Assembly: GCA_000934665.2 (NCBI GenBank)
Contig: KZ538070.1
Span: 62,001-126,000 of the forward strand
Direction of reading: 5' to 3'
Source: Catajapyx aquilonaris
Taxonomy: Eukaryota
Length of the DNA stretch: 64,000 nucleotides
A program made the translations under genes and the position numbers. The notes below the pieces were generated by a model. The model ran no database searches. It was not told the DNA's origin and was given only the letters and a program-made list of their open reading frames with translations. Below are positions 42,043 through 55,392 of this stretch, one piece after another (position 1 is the first letter of the stretch; the number at the start of each line of letters is the position of its first letter).

Positions 42043-43384
42043 GGGGGGGGGGATATCTTGCGACTTTTGCAACCGGTTTTATGTACAGTATTTACTGGTC
42101 GTATACAGCATGCGACAATGTTGAAATATTTGGGTGTGAATTGTTATTCGATTGAAAGGTGCATTGTCGTATTAAAACTAGTGGGGGGGTGTAGTAATTG
42201 CACGCAATTAGTTAATGCAACGTATCGGGCCATTGTGAACCCAGTTATAATAAATCATAATGTTTGAATTCTAGGAAGCCTCTCTGTTGTATATATTGTT
42301 ACGGTTTGCTGAAATTAATTAATAGGGAATTTGTCACGTTATACCCGTTTAAATGGTTGAGTCATTGTGAGGCCAATTTCGACTAATGAATACTGGAACA
42401 ACAAGCGACAAGGAAAACATGTGCACTTTGCAAATACCATCGTGACTCACGGTGGCCCATTGGTGACCTATGGTGTCACGGATACCCGGAAGGTACCTGT
42501 AGGATGTGATGTCAGTGGTTTTTACAAGGTGGCAATACCGTGCGGTGTTGCAAGACTTGCCCTGGTGAGAGGCATCTATTTAGTGGCATCAAGGCAAAGT
42601 AATTGCGACAGCCTCGGCGAAGGTGGCCGTGAGTAATTTGTTGGTTAGGGACCGTAGGGAGAGTGGACTATAAAAAATGGTTGTTTGTACGCCTCCACCC
42701 AAAAATGGCGTCCTTGAGGAAGAGGAGATTCTCCTAAAAGTTTCCTATCAAGCTTCTTCAGCCATCTTGGGGCATGCTGCAACACCTGTTCTTCAATTAA
42801 AAAGTCTCGGAGACTGTAATTCGATTGGGGAATAATCGGCGGGGTTTTCTGATCTTTGGGGTTGACGGCTTCAAGATGGGGGCTGCGTGTCTGATCCTTC
42901 CAAACTTTCGGCCTTGGGGGTTCTCAACAAACCAGGTGCATGACCCAGACCCACAACAACTGGCGTCCGCGACTTTTTTTTATGATACGGTAGTGACGCC
43001 GGATATGCTGCTAAGGGGTGACCCATGAAATCAGTGACTAAGCCTTGGTGCGTCAGCTGAAACTGCTCGGACAGGATCATGAAACGAGTGGTTTGACATG
43101 TTTACAGCCGGGAATTTGAGGTAATGTTTTGACTCCATGGCTAGCGAACCCTGGAGGAGTGTGACTTTCATAGCCGTGTCTTAATCCTTGGCCCTAAGGC
43201 GCCCAGACGCATGCCATAAAGGGGTTCGAAGCTACCCTTGGTTGGAGGAAAAAAAACAGCCAGGTCGAGACCTTCGACAAGAATGGCGTTATTTATGAGA
43301 AAGACTGTACTTTGGCCGGTTGATAAGCCCCAGACACTGGTACTGTAACGGAGCGTGGTGCGGATCAAAAAAGACTGAGCCACA

Positions 43385-43755
43385 TGTGGTGTACTCAGAG
43401 GTAGCCAAGGTACTCAAATGCTGTGGTACTCAGTGGAGCCAGTGTGGTACTCAAATGAAGCCAGTGTGGTACTCAAGAGGTAGTCAAATGTGGTACTCAG
43501 AGGTAGCCAAGGTACTCAAATGTGGTACTCAGTGGAGCCAGTGTGGTACTCAGAGGTAGCCAAATGTGGTACTCAGAGGTAGCCATGGTACTCAAATGGT
43601 GTGGTACTCAGAGGTAGCCATGGTACTCAAATGGTGTGGTACTCAGAGGTAGCCATGGTACTCAAATGGTGTGGTACTCACAAGATAGTGGTACTCAATG
43701 GATCCAGTGTGGTACTCAGAGGTAGCCAAATGAGGTACTACCGATGAAGCCAGTG
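43385..43755. repeat. Minisatellite gtggtactcagaggtagccatggtactcaaatg
   Basis: Repeated ggtactca cores; similar ggtact cores at 12253-12335. Confidence 0.92.
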
Positions 43756-46700
43756 TCATTGAGCACTTTTAGGTACCATGATTCATCCCACAATATTATT
43801 CTTGGGCGATAGGGTGCCATTCTTGTATTCCCCTTGCCAGTGCATCGTTTGACGTCTAATTTGAATACATAAATATTTAAATCCATTTGCTAGGAATCGA
43901 TACTATATAAGTCCGAACCGCTGAAAGAATCTACATTGGCAAACGCCTCTTTTTTTACAATAGAGGGGGGGAGCTTCGCTCTTATTTATGACTGGATAGT
44001 AGGGGTTCTCCCAAATGGGGGTACGTCGGACGTACTTGCAGGGAGGACCGGTAGAGAGGCGCTCGATTTGGGAAGGTGGGGAAAGTATCAGGATGCATTA
44101 ATCACCGAGGGAAGTTCTCTTCTGGAAAAGCCCGTTGTAAAAGTTCATTTCAAAACGACAGGAACCTTTCCTTTCTAATTTGGGGGAGGCTGATTTATGG
44201 CGTCGGAGAAAACTCGTTTTGTTGTAATTGAATAACCACGCATCTGGCGTTTTTTTGATCGCACTTTGGACCGAAACTTGTGGTGAGAACGTACGGAGAG
44301 TTTGTAACGATACTCATTGGATTTATTTTTAATCCCGCTCAAAGAGTCGGGGACGGTCCCGGAATCGTTTACGATATCACTATAAATAAAGATAACGGGC
44401 CAGTAAAGCCTCCCGGACGGGGAGATACCGTCCTCGTCCCAGGGAAGAGGTTCGATAACCCTTTGGCTAATTCGGTGCTTAGGGTTTACGGCTACCATGT
44501 CCAAAATGTGCACATACCGCTGGAAGGGAATGGTGGGGGTATTTTTGTGGAGATAAGCGGTGTGGCAACCCTGGCTGAGCCCTGGCGGTTGAGGATGTAT
44601 TGGTCTTGCTCGTGATTCTTACGAAGGATGCGGTGCCTTTGAAGGGTGCTCCTGGGTTGTATTTGGAGATTTTATTGATGATTTTTGGATAATTTGATGA
44701 TTTGTGTGGGTTTCGACAATATTAGTGAATGATAGTCGGGATATATTAAGTTACCCTAGTTAGAGACGAAGGCTGATGTTTCTGGGTGGTTGTGTGCCTT
44801 TTGCGGATGTTCGTTGGTTATATGTGGAGAATTTATTGAGGATTTTTGGAGAATTTGATGATTTGTGTGGTTATCTATAATATTAGTGAATGGCAATCCG
44901 GATTTTCGTAAGTGTATACCGTATTTGCGGAGGTCTCTCGCGGCTGAGACAAATGATGTGTTCTCGGAGATTAGTGAATGACAATCCGGATTTACGCAAG
45001 TGTACGCCGGATTTACGAGGGATGAGCGACTCTCTAGAGACCGACAGGGTGCAAGGCTTGTAACATTACAAGACACGCTTTTCTGGACACAGTTACGACG
45101 AGACCCCTCGGTTTTATATTTACTCCCGGTGGGACCCAGGCGAGATTTACAGCGTGCGACAACCCAACACCATCCAGAAGGCACTAATTCCGACCGGGTG
45201 GGTCGCCCTAAAAGTGTCGAAATCCCGTTACAGCATTTTCAATGACATGTTACAACCAGGCGCTGCCTTGGGGTAATTCCAGGGACGGAATACGACGGGA
45301 CTTGACCCATTCTCCAGGTAATTAAGGCCTCCGGAACATTGTTCCGGAGTATTTTTTTTTCGGCAGAAGACTCCCCGATAATCGCGGGAACGGAAGCCTC
45401 ACCCGTTCGGGGTGACGGCCCTGGAGATAAGTGGTGATGACCAGGCCGGCTTGATGTCCACTGTAAAGGCGGGACTGGAGACAAAGGGTGGAAGCATCTC
45501 CTCGGAAGCGTAACTGCCGATAACGGAGACGGAAAAGGGGACACTTTATTGCCCATTGCCCATGTCTCCATAAACCAGGATTTGTGAGGTCATACTATAT
45601 TTATTTTTAAAAAAATCTGAAAGTCGGTGACATTATTTTCCGACAAAAAAAAGAGCTCGTAAGTAAACAAACAAGTGGGGCGATTCAGCCGGGTTAGGAT
45701 TCGACGGAGCGAAAAGCCCTGGAACAGATCACGATAATGGAGGCCAATATGACAGCGGAACTTGGCAAAGATGCGGGAGGCGAGAAGATGGCGGAGTTTT
45801 TTCAGCAGAAAAAAAAGTCGATTCGACGTCTCCAGGCGCTTATCAAATCAGGCCTCTTGGCGTAAATGGGTTTAGAAGGAGGAGACTCATTTCATAACCG
45901 CCGTTTGCTCTTCGGTTTAGGACCAATAAGTCGCGCCATCTTTTTTTCTTCAGTTTCATCAGAAAGGTTGACAGAGCAGGATGCGTGTGCCTTACATAAT
46001 AGATATCGATTCAAATCGACTGAATTATGGAGCGCATGAAAATCAAAAGCGAAATTACTGTGTCAACTACGGTAGTAGACGTAACCAATCTGTGGGTAAA
46101 CACTACAAGGTCGTACGTTGATCGGAGTCGAGGTTGTCGTCTTGATATATTCGGTATTGTGGACACAGTATGACGTGCATGCATGGGAAAGAGAGAAAGG
46201 GGGAAGTACGGAGCATGCAAACTTCACATCCCCGATGGCCCCCTCGGAATCGTCATTACAGGGCTTTTCTTTTTACCATTTGCACGCCCGGCTGGAGGGA
46301 CACGCACTTCTAAAAAAGAACTAGAAAACGACAATGTTCATATCAGCTGTTAACGAGGTCTCGAGACACAATGAATCATACGGGAAAACGATACGGTTCA
46401 GAAAATCGGGAGACGAATGAATGTGACCCACTTGAGGAAAAAGAACACTTTCTTCACGCTGGAGTGAACCCTTACGACGTTGGTACTGCACCAGTTGTCG
46501 CATTGGAGAAAGCCTTGACCGACATCCGAGATTGGAATATCCAGAGTCAAAATACATGCTAGTTGACGGCTCACCGCTAGATGCAGCTTCCCAGTGTACT
46601 ATAAATGTGACGGCTCACCGCGAGATGCAGCTTCCCAGTGTACTAAAAGTGCCGACTCACCGCTCGATGGCGCGGCAGTACGTTGTGGATGGTTCACATG

Positions 46701-48007
46701 CCAACCGCTGTGCGTTGCGAGCAGTAGTGTTTGACTAACAAGGTGTGAGAGCATGTACTGATAGAGTTCGACAAGCGATCGAGTGTTTATTGACCAAACG
46801 AACGGCGTGCAGGTAATTGTTGGAAAAACTGGCCCCGATTTAGCTCCCTATGGCATGTTCCGGGAAACTTGAGCATGACTTGAACGAGAACGAGTCGCAA
46901 TTTGCATCAAATTATTTGTCATGTATGACATAATTTTTGTGCGCTTCCTCAATTAAACAGGTAGCATTGACACCATCGAATGACACCAACATTTGGCGAC
47001 ACCTCAACGCATATCGGGTGGGTCCTGCGTGTACCCGCTACAACCCGCACTACCCGCCCTCTTTTGTTTGCTCTCTAATTAGCTATTGGTCTTTGAAAGG
47101 CACGTGGGGCGGGTGGTAAGAGAAAATTGCCTTCGACCAAGTTGACACGTCAGAGAGAAGGGGGAAGGCTCGCGTGTGGAACAGTTTGCCGGACAATGGA
47201 ACCCGCCTGTGTCAACAACTGGACTTGCATGACCAGGTGTATACGCTTACCTTTGCAACCCCTCTCTGGAAATGGCATATCTTCCAGCGGTGTCGTCCTC
47301 CGTTATCAGCTGGCCAGGAAACGAGGTGATTAATTTACAGGCTGTAGGACAGGACAGGAGGACATGAACAAGCGGAATTGCATTTATAAACGGGGAACTG
47401 ACACGTACGGAAAACCCAAATTTTTGTAGTTCCCTGGTGGAGGGTTGACAGAACTATCGAGCACAAATATGGCGCCGTCTGCGGTCGTTAATAACAGCTA
47501 ATGCACTTTTTTTTTGACCGGTATTGTATTTTTTCCCCATGCCCCGGTGGCCTTTTTTTCCCCCTTCTGAAAAGCTTCCAGAAGATAAATGATGGGCATG
47601 ATTTTTCTTCCTTGTCGTGACTCGAAAATCTGTTTACTCATGGACACATCTCAAGATGTGTATTTTTGGGGGAGCTCCACATAATATATGGACAATCGAT
47701 CGTTAAGACACTGCCTTCCCCTAGTACTGTCAGACATGTCTGAATAATGCAGGGTGTACAGCAACATGCTGCAAAGTGTGCACCGTACGCGAAAATCAGG
47801 TTTGCGTGCGGAAATTTTTGCAAGCTCATGACGTTCCAGGTTAGTTGGCATGCAATGTAATTAATAGAATGTGCGTGGATGGAGGGGTTGAACCAAGGGG
47901 GGTAAAGAATTACTGTCGTCAACAGCATGGTAACACCGGTTCAATTGTGGCGACAACTGTCACCGTCACACATGTCCGGACCAATTAATTTCAAGTTATA
48001 TGTGGAC

Positions 48008-48750
48008 TTTCCGAGCATTCCCGGACTCTCCCGATGATCCCCGAACATTTCCGGACTCACCCAACATGGCCCGAGCATTCCAGGACTCTCTCGATGTGCC
48101 CAGAACATTTCCCGAACTCCTCCAAGCTTCCCTGAGCATTCCCGAAGTCTTTCGATGTGCCCCGAGCTTTCCAGGACTCTCCCGACGAACTCCGAGCATT
48201 TTACGAACTCCTCCGAGCACTTCCGGACTCTTCCGACATGACCCGAGCATTCCAAGACTCGCTCGATGTGCCCCGAGCATTTCCCGAACTCCTCCGAGCA
48301 CTTCCGGACTCTCCCGACATGGCCCGAACATTTCCCGAACTCCTCCGAGCTTCCCCGAGAATTCCCGTACTCTCCTGACATGGCCCGAACATTTCTGGAT
48401 TCTCTCGATGTGCCCCGAGCATTCCAGGATTCTCCCGACGATCTCCGAGCATTCCCCCCGAGAACTCCCGGACTCTCCCGACATGACCCGAGCCTTCCAA
48501 GACTCTCTCGATGTGTCCCGAGCATTTCCCGAACTCCTCCAAGCGTCCCTGAGCATTCCTGGAGTCTTTCGATGTGCCCCGAGCTTTCCAGGACTTTCCC
48601 GACGATCTCCGAGCATTTCCCGAACTCCTCCGAGCACTTCCGGACTCTCCCGACATGACCCGAGCCTTCCAAGACTCTCTCGATGTGTCCCGAGCATTTC
48701 GCGAACTCCTCCCAAGCTTCCCCGAGCATTCCCGGATTCACCCGATGTGG
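48008..48750. repeat. Complex satellite (ccgagcatt..cccgaactcct / ggactctcccgacatg units)
   Basis: Roughly 20-30-bp modules with a higher-order repeat (blocks at about 48111 and 48529). Confidence 0.93.
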
Positions 48751-51700
48751 TGCGAACGTCGCCGGAGTGGTCGCGTTCACTAATTTAACCCAAGGCTGAC
48801 CGTTTAATATATTTTTAAAAAAATAAACAAGCTGGCAGGTTCTTCAACCCTGACGGGTTGTCAATCTCGTAGGCCGCTGCCCCTTCCGCGTACACGCGAA
48901 AAACATTGCGAAAAACCCAGGGCGCGCTTTATATTCTGCCTGTTAATTAACCGGTGGGGGTGTGCTCAAGTGGGCGTAAAACTAGTGGGGAGGTTTTTTG
49001 AAACTCCTCCAGCAGCACGTGGTTTACGCGCATCTTTGTTTCATAGTCGTTCAAAAATATTAACAGCTCTCAGNGGGGGGGGGAGAGCTTTGAAATCGAT
49101 TCAAACTCTCATCATCATTTCAGGGGCCTTGGAAAAAAAATGTGTGTTGATAAAACTAGGGTTTGGCCCATTTAACTGGTGACATACATGGTTTTGTATT
49201 GGTTAGTTTTATTATTTAAGGCGGGATCATAAAATAAGGATTTTTGTGGCCTCGACTGGGGTGACCTATTCCTGCTTTCGTTTCGCCTTGGCTGATGTTG
49301 ACCCCCTTGTACAGGGTGTCTCAGCATGTTCATAGTTAGCATCTTTATGGTCAATAAAGCCACCCAAGCTTCTCACGCTACAAACCGCCATTTTTTTGCA
49401 CCCTAACCAGGCCAAAAAAAAGTAGGGGCGACATATACACCCCTTCTGTGTCTACTATGCATGGATCTTGAGAAAATGAAGGGGACTGGCTTTTGTAATT
49501 TCCTTGACTGGGAAAAGGAAATTTATAGTCTATAAAGATGCAAATTCTGTTCCTTTTTTTTGTGAAGGGGAAGGGGAGGGGAGGTTACCCCCACCACTGC
49601 CACCCTTAGCTTCATCACACACCCTCGGGTTAGCTTCAAACTCCTTTAGAAAGGCCCCTTTTAAAACGTTCAAAAAAATTTAGCTTCATACTTTTGTGAG
49701 ATTACCTAAATAATGCACTTACACGAGTAAAATGATGCACTTACCTCCATAAATAAATTCGCATACATAAATATAATCATGCACTTCCCTAAATAAATTA
49801 ATTCCCATAGCCGAACAACATTATGCACTGGTGTAAATAAATTTATCCTCATACATAACTTATGCCATACATCAATAAATTTATGCAGCAGCCTGAATAA
49901 ATTTATGCATCTTGGAATAAAATAGTGCACCAATTTATTATGAAATGGGCTAGAATGTTGAGAAAATTTTGTAAAGACTTGAAAATGTATGTGGGATAGG
50001 TGCCTGGGGTTAATATGGCTCGAATTTGGGCAGGGCGTAGCCACACCTTTTTACTGGCCCAAAAACCAGCGTTTAGCATTTCAAGTATGTGTGTGTGTGT
50101 GGAACACCCACAGTGTTGTTTACTGACATGGATGGATCCCCAGCAATTTCCAGCCTTAATAGGCGTAAAAATAGGGATTATTCAATGCTGAAATATTTAA
50201 AGCGTGAAGCTGACTCCAGAAAAAAAAAATGCGGACGAATTAAATTGCGCCTATTAACCCCTCACGAACCTGTAAAAAAAACTTTTAGTAAATCAAATTA
50301 CCGGCATTGCGATTAATTTACGGCCATAAAAAACAGTATGACGCCATTTTACCCAATTGACAGAAAATTAGATGAGGTCATTCTGGTCACCTCCCCAAAT
50401 TGACCCGACAGTGTTGCCAAACCGGTTTTATGCTAAAATTCGCGTCACGCGTCGGTGTGAAAGCGGGCACATTTTCTACTCGCGTTTTTTTTCTCTCTCT
50501 CTCTCTTTCTTTCTAAAGCGTGCGTGTGTTTGGTGGTTCGGAGCACGCGAGGCATCTTCTTTGGTTGGCTGGTCTTGACAACGCCGCCAGCAGGGGTGGG
50601 AGAAACACGCACCAAAAAAAAAATGGTGCGTTCAGAATGGAATTTGTGGAGTTTTCGTCTGGGAATAAAAAATATATATATAAAAGGTGTCGAGTCATAT
50701 CTTCTGGAAGGGAAGATCATGCGTGGTTGCCAGTTGGATTAAAGATGGCGGCCATCAGTCCGGACTAAAAATGGCTGCCGCCACGTGCTAGCCTCTAATC
50801 CAGGCGGCGTGGAAGCAACCTAGCCGCGTATACTTTTCTTTGGCGACGAAGCCGTGGGAGCGAGTCATTTGGAACCCCGGAGCCTCCTCCATCGCCACTT
50901 AAAACGTCATAAAGTCTCATTTGGTGTCGTCTCCTCCGCCGCTTCCCAGGACGACCACCGTAAAATCCATCTTTTCGCCAACTGGAGGAATTATGTCTGA
51001 TTCCAAGCCTTGTTTCTGAGCTGGGGGGAGGCTAAGAAGGATGTAAAGCGTTGTAACGGCGGCCGGCGCTTCCAATATTTAGGGAAAAGCAAGCGGGGAG
51101 GGCGCCTCGGGAACACCGAGAGTTATGGAGATGGCGGCCTGGTTACGACTTGGGCTTCTGGGCTGGTAATAGTTGGGGTAACTGATGCCAACAATGCCTG
51201 GAGCCACGGAACAAAAATGGATGCCAGTTGCAACCGCCATTTTTGATCCAGACTATGGTTGGCAGTTGTATCGGACTAAAAATGGCGGGCGCATAGCCCC
51301 AAGTGTAAGTGTATCTGACATGGTTCGAGACTTTGCTAATGAAATGGGGGGGTGCACAAAGGGCGTCAAAGTGAGGCCCACGGCCATATTGGATGATGGA
51401 TGACGTGAACAGCAGGAAGCTACATGGTTTAACCCTCCCCTCCAAAAATATGGCGTTTGTTTAGGAAAAGGAGCCACAATTTTGTGGCTAATTTTTTGTG
51501 TGTTGGGGAAGGGGTAATTTTTTTTAACGATCCTTGTGGGAGGTAATTATCAGAAACCAGCTGGTTTGTTCAGTGATAGTACCGATTTATTGAAAAAATA
51601 TAAACCAGACAGGATATGGCTGACATCAAGCGTGTCCGAACCCCTCTCTTGAAGGAGTCTCGACATGCCGGGCACGCTTCCTGAACCACGTCCTCGGGAA

Positions 51701-52024
51701 GCCGCGGCTTGCCCCCCTTTAAAAAAAAACAGAAAGACTCCCCGACACGGTACCTCCATGTTCTGTCCGGAATGAGAAAGCAAGGAATGGACCGTACAAA
51801 TTAGGTCGCTTGCGATCCGGAGCCTCAATATCCCCCATCGCAGCCACCGGATTTCGGAAGCCGTTTGCCGCATCCGTGGTTAGATTTCGGGGGCTTTCGC
51901 ATCTTGGTATTACCCCCCACAGCTAGGCATATCCACGCAATATGGACGATACCAGGCTGGCAGTACTCAAAATGGTACTTGGGACTCGCAATATTCCGGT
52001 TTAGAGTCTCAATATGGCTGGTTG

Positions 52025-52258
52025 TAGTGTGATTGGTGAGAGCTGCAAGATGGCGGCCTCCATGTGGGGTTTCATTGGAGTTTCAATATGGCGGCCACTA
52101 GAGCTGCAAGATGGCGGCCATGTGATTGGTCAGGAGTTGTAAGATGGCGGCCTCCATGTGGGGTTTCATTGGAGTTTCAATATGGCGGCCACTAGAGCTG
52201 CAATATGTCGGCCACTATGCTGTGATTGGTCAGGAGTTGTAAGATGGCGGCTTCCATG
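52025..52258. repeat. Tandem repeat rich in (c)aagatggcggc abutting the RBL exon acceptor
   Basis: About 7 copies of aagatggcggc/aatatggcggc. Confidence 0.88.
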
Positions 52259-52282
52259 TTAATTTTTTTGGTTTTTTTCCAG

Positions 52283-52475
52283 AGCGGCCGAGATACCGTA
52301 CGGCGTACGCCTGCGAGGGCTCCACCTTGCGGCTGGAGTGTGAGCCCGGAGCCCTGATCCAGCTCATCCGAGCCAATTACGGCCGCTTCTCCATCACCAT
52401 CTGCAACGAGCACGGTAACACCGACTGGAGCGTCAACTGTATGTCGCCAAGATCGCTCCGGGTCCTGCACGGCAG
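52283..52475 (+). CDS. Cirl: RBL/SUEL lectin N-terminal half ([65 protein letters not shown])
   Basis: Acceptor ttttttccag, donor ag|gtgagc; 193 nt, phase 1 to 2; carries the SUEL ANYGR motif and Cys pattern typical of insect Cirl. Confidence 0.96.
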
Positions 52476-54027
52476 GTGAGCCCTCTGGCGCCGGTGTATG
52501 GCAACTCAAAAAAAGGGGGGGCCTGCGCAAGGATCTAAATTTCANGGATTTTTCAGAATTTTCAAAAATTGGGGGGGTAGTTATTGATCTACTTATGCAG
52601 ACCCCTAGGGCCATCCGTATCGATGGGGGATCTGATGGTGAATGACTACCCCCCACAACCGGTGCTGGAGTTAGTGTGTTGTAATTTTTTCTGTCATGTT
52701 ATTACCGATTCTGTTGCTTCGCTTCACAATTTAATTGCGGGCTGTTTTGGGCCTGTCTGTTTCGTAGCTCCCCATGCACAATGAAGCGACAGGATCGATA
52801 CCTGGATACATGTGGCCACATTGTCTATACCCAGTGGTCAGCTTTCAGTACCCCTCAAAATTTTAACCCTGGCGTAACATAACCCCTAGCTTTTTGGACA
52901 AAAACCGCATGTACTAACTAACAAGTGGTCTCAAGCAGGTTTTCCACAGAAAAAAAGACTTAAGTGCAATTTTTGCACCGATTTTTTTTTTTTCCTGTAG
53001 GTATTGGTATACATACCCGAAACATACCCACAGCCAAGTGGCTCCAGAAGAACCGCGGGGGAAAAAAATCCATTTCTTTTTTCCGGACTTTTTCCGGGGG
53101 AAAGTCCCGGAGCGTGAAAATGGCTCGTTAGGACTGTCTGCGGCCAAAAAGTATTGTGCCGGGTTGAATGAAATCCGTTTGATGGCAGCTCTTCTCTTCT
53201 TCTTGGGAGCTTTTTTTTTTGTGAACGCTATCCGGGGAGAATCACGCCCGGAGAAGAATCCGGAGCAATCCAACCTCCCTCCAAGATGAATCTCCTTTTG
53301 CCAATAACGGAAAAGCAGTAGAGAAAGCCGTTCTGCAAATACGAAATGAGTCTTGGATTTTCTGTGTGATCCGGATTCAAAATGGACGATCCGGGCACTG
53401 CCAGACACGGTCAGCCTCCTGTAAAGATAGACAGCAGACGGCAGGTGTTGGCGCTCAAGCTGCTCAGGCACATCTTTGCATCTGCCCATGCTTAAAGATT
53501 TTTCCGCAACATGTTCCGCACCATTGTACCCCCATCATGGCCATACACACACACAAAAAAAAAATACCGGTACTGGGTTTGAGCCAAAGGTGCAAAGGTG
53601 CTGCCTCTTGCCCGATGCTAATTCAGTTACAAGTCCTGTGAGAGCTAGGAAAAAATAGAGATGCAATTTCGTAGAACCACCTGCTGCTGCCTGGGACCAG
53701 TTGTCGCCTTCAATATGGAGACATTTCTTTTTTTTTAATCAGGAGGTTTCGTGGGGGTTGGCAGAAGGTACCGTTGTCTTCGCTCTTCGAATGGCACGTA
53801 TTGTGATGTAAATGAAGACGGAATATGAAACGGAGCCTTCAGGGGTCGGTTGAAAAGAATCATCCGGGCTTAAGCCACTTTTCCACAGGTTGAGTGCTTC
53901 CGACTGACAGTCTCAAAGAAAAGCAAGAAGCACTGTCTTAACCCAGTTCGGTTCAAAAAGCTTTTAGGCCCCATATTCGACGATCCGGACCTTCAAGGGG
54001 ACGGACAAAGGAATATACTTGAATCTA

Positions 54028-54390
54028 TCAGCCAATCACGCGTCTGGTACCCCAGAAGTGGCTCTTAGCCAATCACATAGCGGTCGGTATAGGCAGTAGC
54101 CAATCACGCGTCGTGTACCCCCCCAGAAGTCGCTCTTAGCCAATCAGGTAGCGTGTACCTTGTAGCCGGTATAGACAGTAGCCAATCACGCATCGTGTAC
54201 CCCCCCCCCCCNCCCCCCCCCCAGAAGTCGCTCTTAGCCAATCAGGTAGCTTGTAACTTGTAGTCGGTATAGGCAGTAGCCAATCACGCGTCGTGTACCC
54301 CCCAGAAGTCGCTCTTAGCCAATCAGGTAGCTTGTACCTTGTAGCCAATCACATATCGGCCGGTATATGCAGTAGCCAATCACATAGCGT
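54028..54390 (+). repeat. Minisatellite with 10 AGCCAATCA cores
   Basis: Units ccagaagtcgctcttagccaatcagg..ggcagtagccaatcacgcgtcgtgtaccc. Confidence 0.9.
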
Positions 54391-55285
54391 GTATCTCGGA
54401 TAAACGTGCTTGAGACCATGTTCTTGTCAAATCCTGCAACTGTATGTCCCCTACCCATATGCCCTTTACAATGTTGGTACCCTTGCATGAAAAGGATTAC
54501 TATATCTGACCCTTGGGAAGTTTTTTTTGCACACATTTTCCGACCCCTGCAGAATCTACCCCCAAATTTTCTCTGTCCTGAAGAATGTTGACATATAACT
54601 CGGACCGGGGAATGCGTTATTCCCAAAAGCATTACTGGTTGACCCCTTCTGCACTGGACACCAAGCAGTCACTCTGCTTGGAAGCAAGGAGTTATTTTTC
54701 CCTGAACAACCATTATGGTCGAAATATTATGGCCTTTTTCTGTTTATTTTCAACCCCCCCTCTCTCTTGCTATATTTCCTGTGGCTCAGAGGCGGACCAC
54801 TCTGATGCTACGAAATTTGAAAAAAAGAAACACCCTGTACCTTGGCTTTATGTTTTTTTTTTTTCTGTTTCCATGTTCTGTGTGTGCTTTCGTTGTTTGT
54901 TGTGTACCATTTTTTCATGGTTAGGAAAGAGTGTGAGGGCTATTAAGACGCCTTTTTTCACACTAGTAGATGGTGTCATATTACCAAGTCGTCTCAATCT
55001 TTTTGGTCGATATAGTGCCCACAAGATGTTCCTGTGCATGGGGGGAACTGTTGTGTATGGGGTTGGGTTCAAACATGGGCAGGGGTTGGAAGCACCAGCT
55101 GTGGATCCCAGCTGCAGATGAGGGGGGGAAATCCTTGGGAATAAGCTAACAAAATGTGCTCAATACTTTTTTGCAATTTAAATCTATGAAAGCACAGTTC
55201 TTTTAGTTTCTTTTTTTTAAAGTTATTGGCTTCCTATTTTTCCCCATTTTTTAGTTTTCCTTTTTTTTCCAACCGTTATTTCCAG

Positions 55286-55392
55286 ATGTCATACCATGTC
55301 CAGCTGCAGTGTGGAGGTTACCAGTGATGATTTTGGGGATCCGTGTCCCGGCACCCATAAATACATAGAAGTGCATTATTCCTGTGCGATAG
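55286..55392 (+). CDS. Cirl: RBL C-terminal half, alternative exon A ([35 protein letters not shown])
   Basis: Long polypyrimidine tract then tttccag acceptor; donor ag|gttggt; 107 nt, phase 2 to 1; intact DPC.GT.KY motif. Confidence 0.88.

Noticed and set aside
41713..42267. ORFs spanning X runs
   Set aside because: Artefacts of the N gap.
44175..44513. Possible LINE RNase H remnant on the - strand (VIFIYSD..)
   Set aside because: Resemblance is faint and catalytic motifs are not recognisable; needs an HMM search.
45301..45323. Second ratchet point (ttctccag|gtaatt)
   Set aside because: Short pyrimidine tract and weaker donor; not distinguishable from chance.
47941..48788. Long ORFs of 130-279 aa on both strands
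   Set aside because: They arise from a stop-poor satellite and are open in nearly all frames; no splice or domain evidence.
52476..55285. A third lectin exon copy
   Set aside because: Scanned for DPC.GT.KY; only an isolated gacccctgc near 54542, lacking the rest of the motif.
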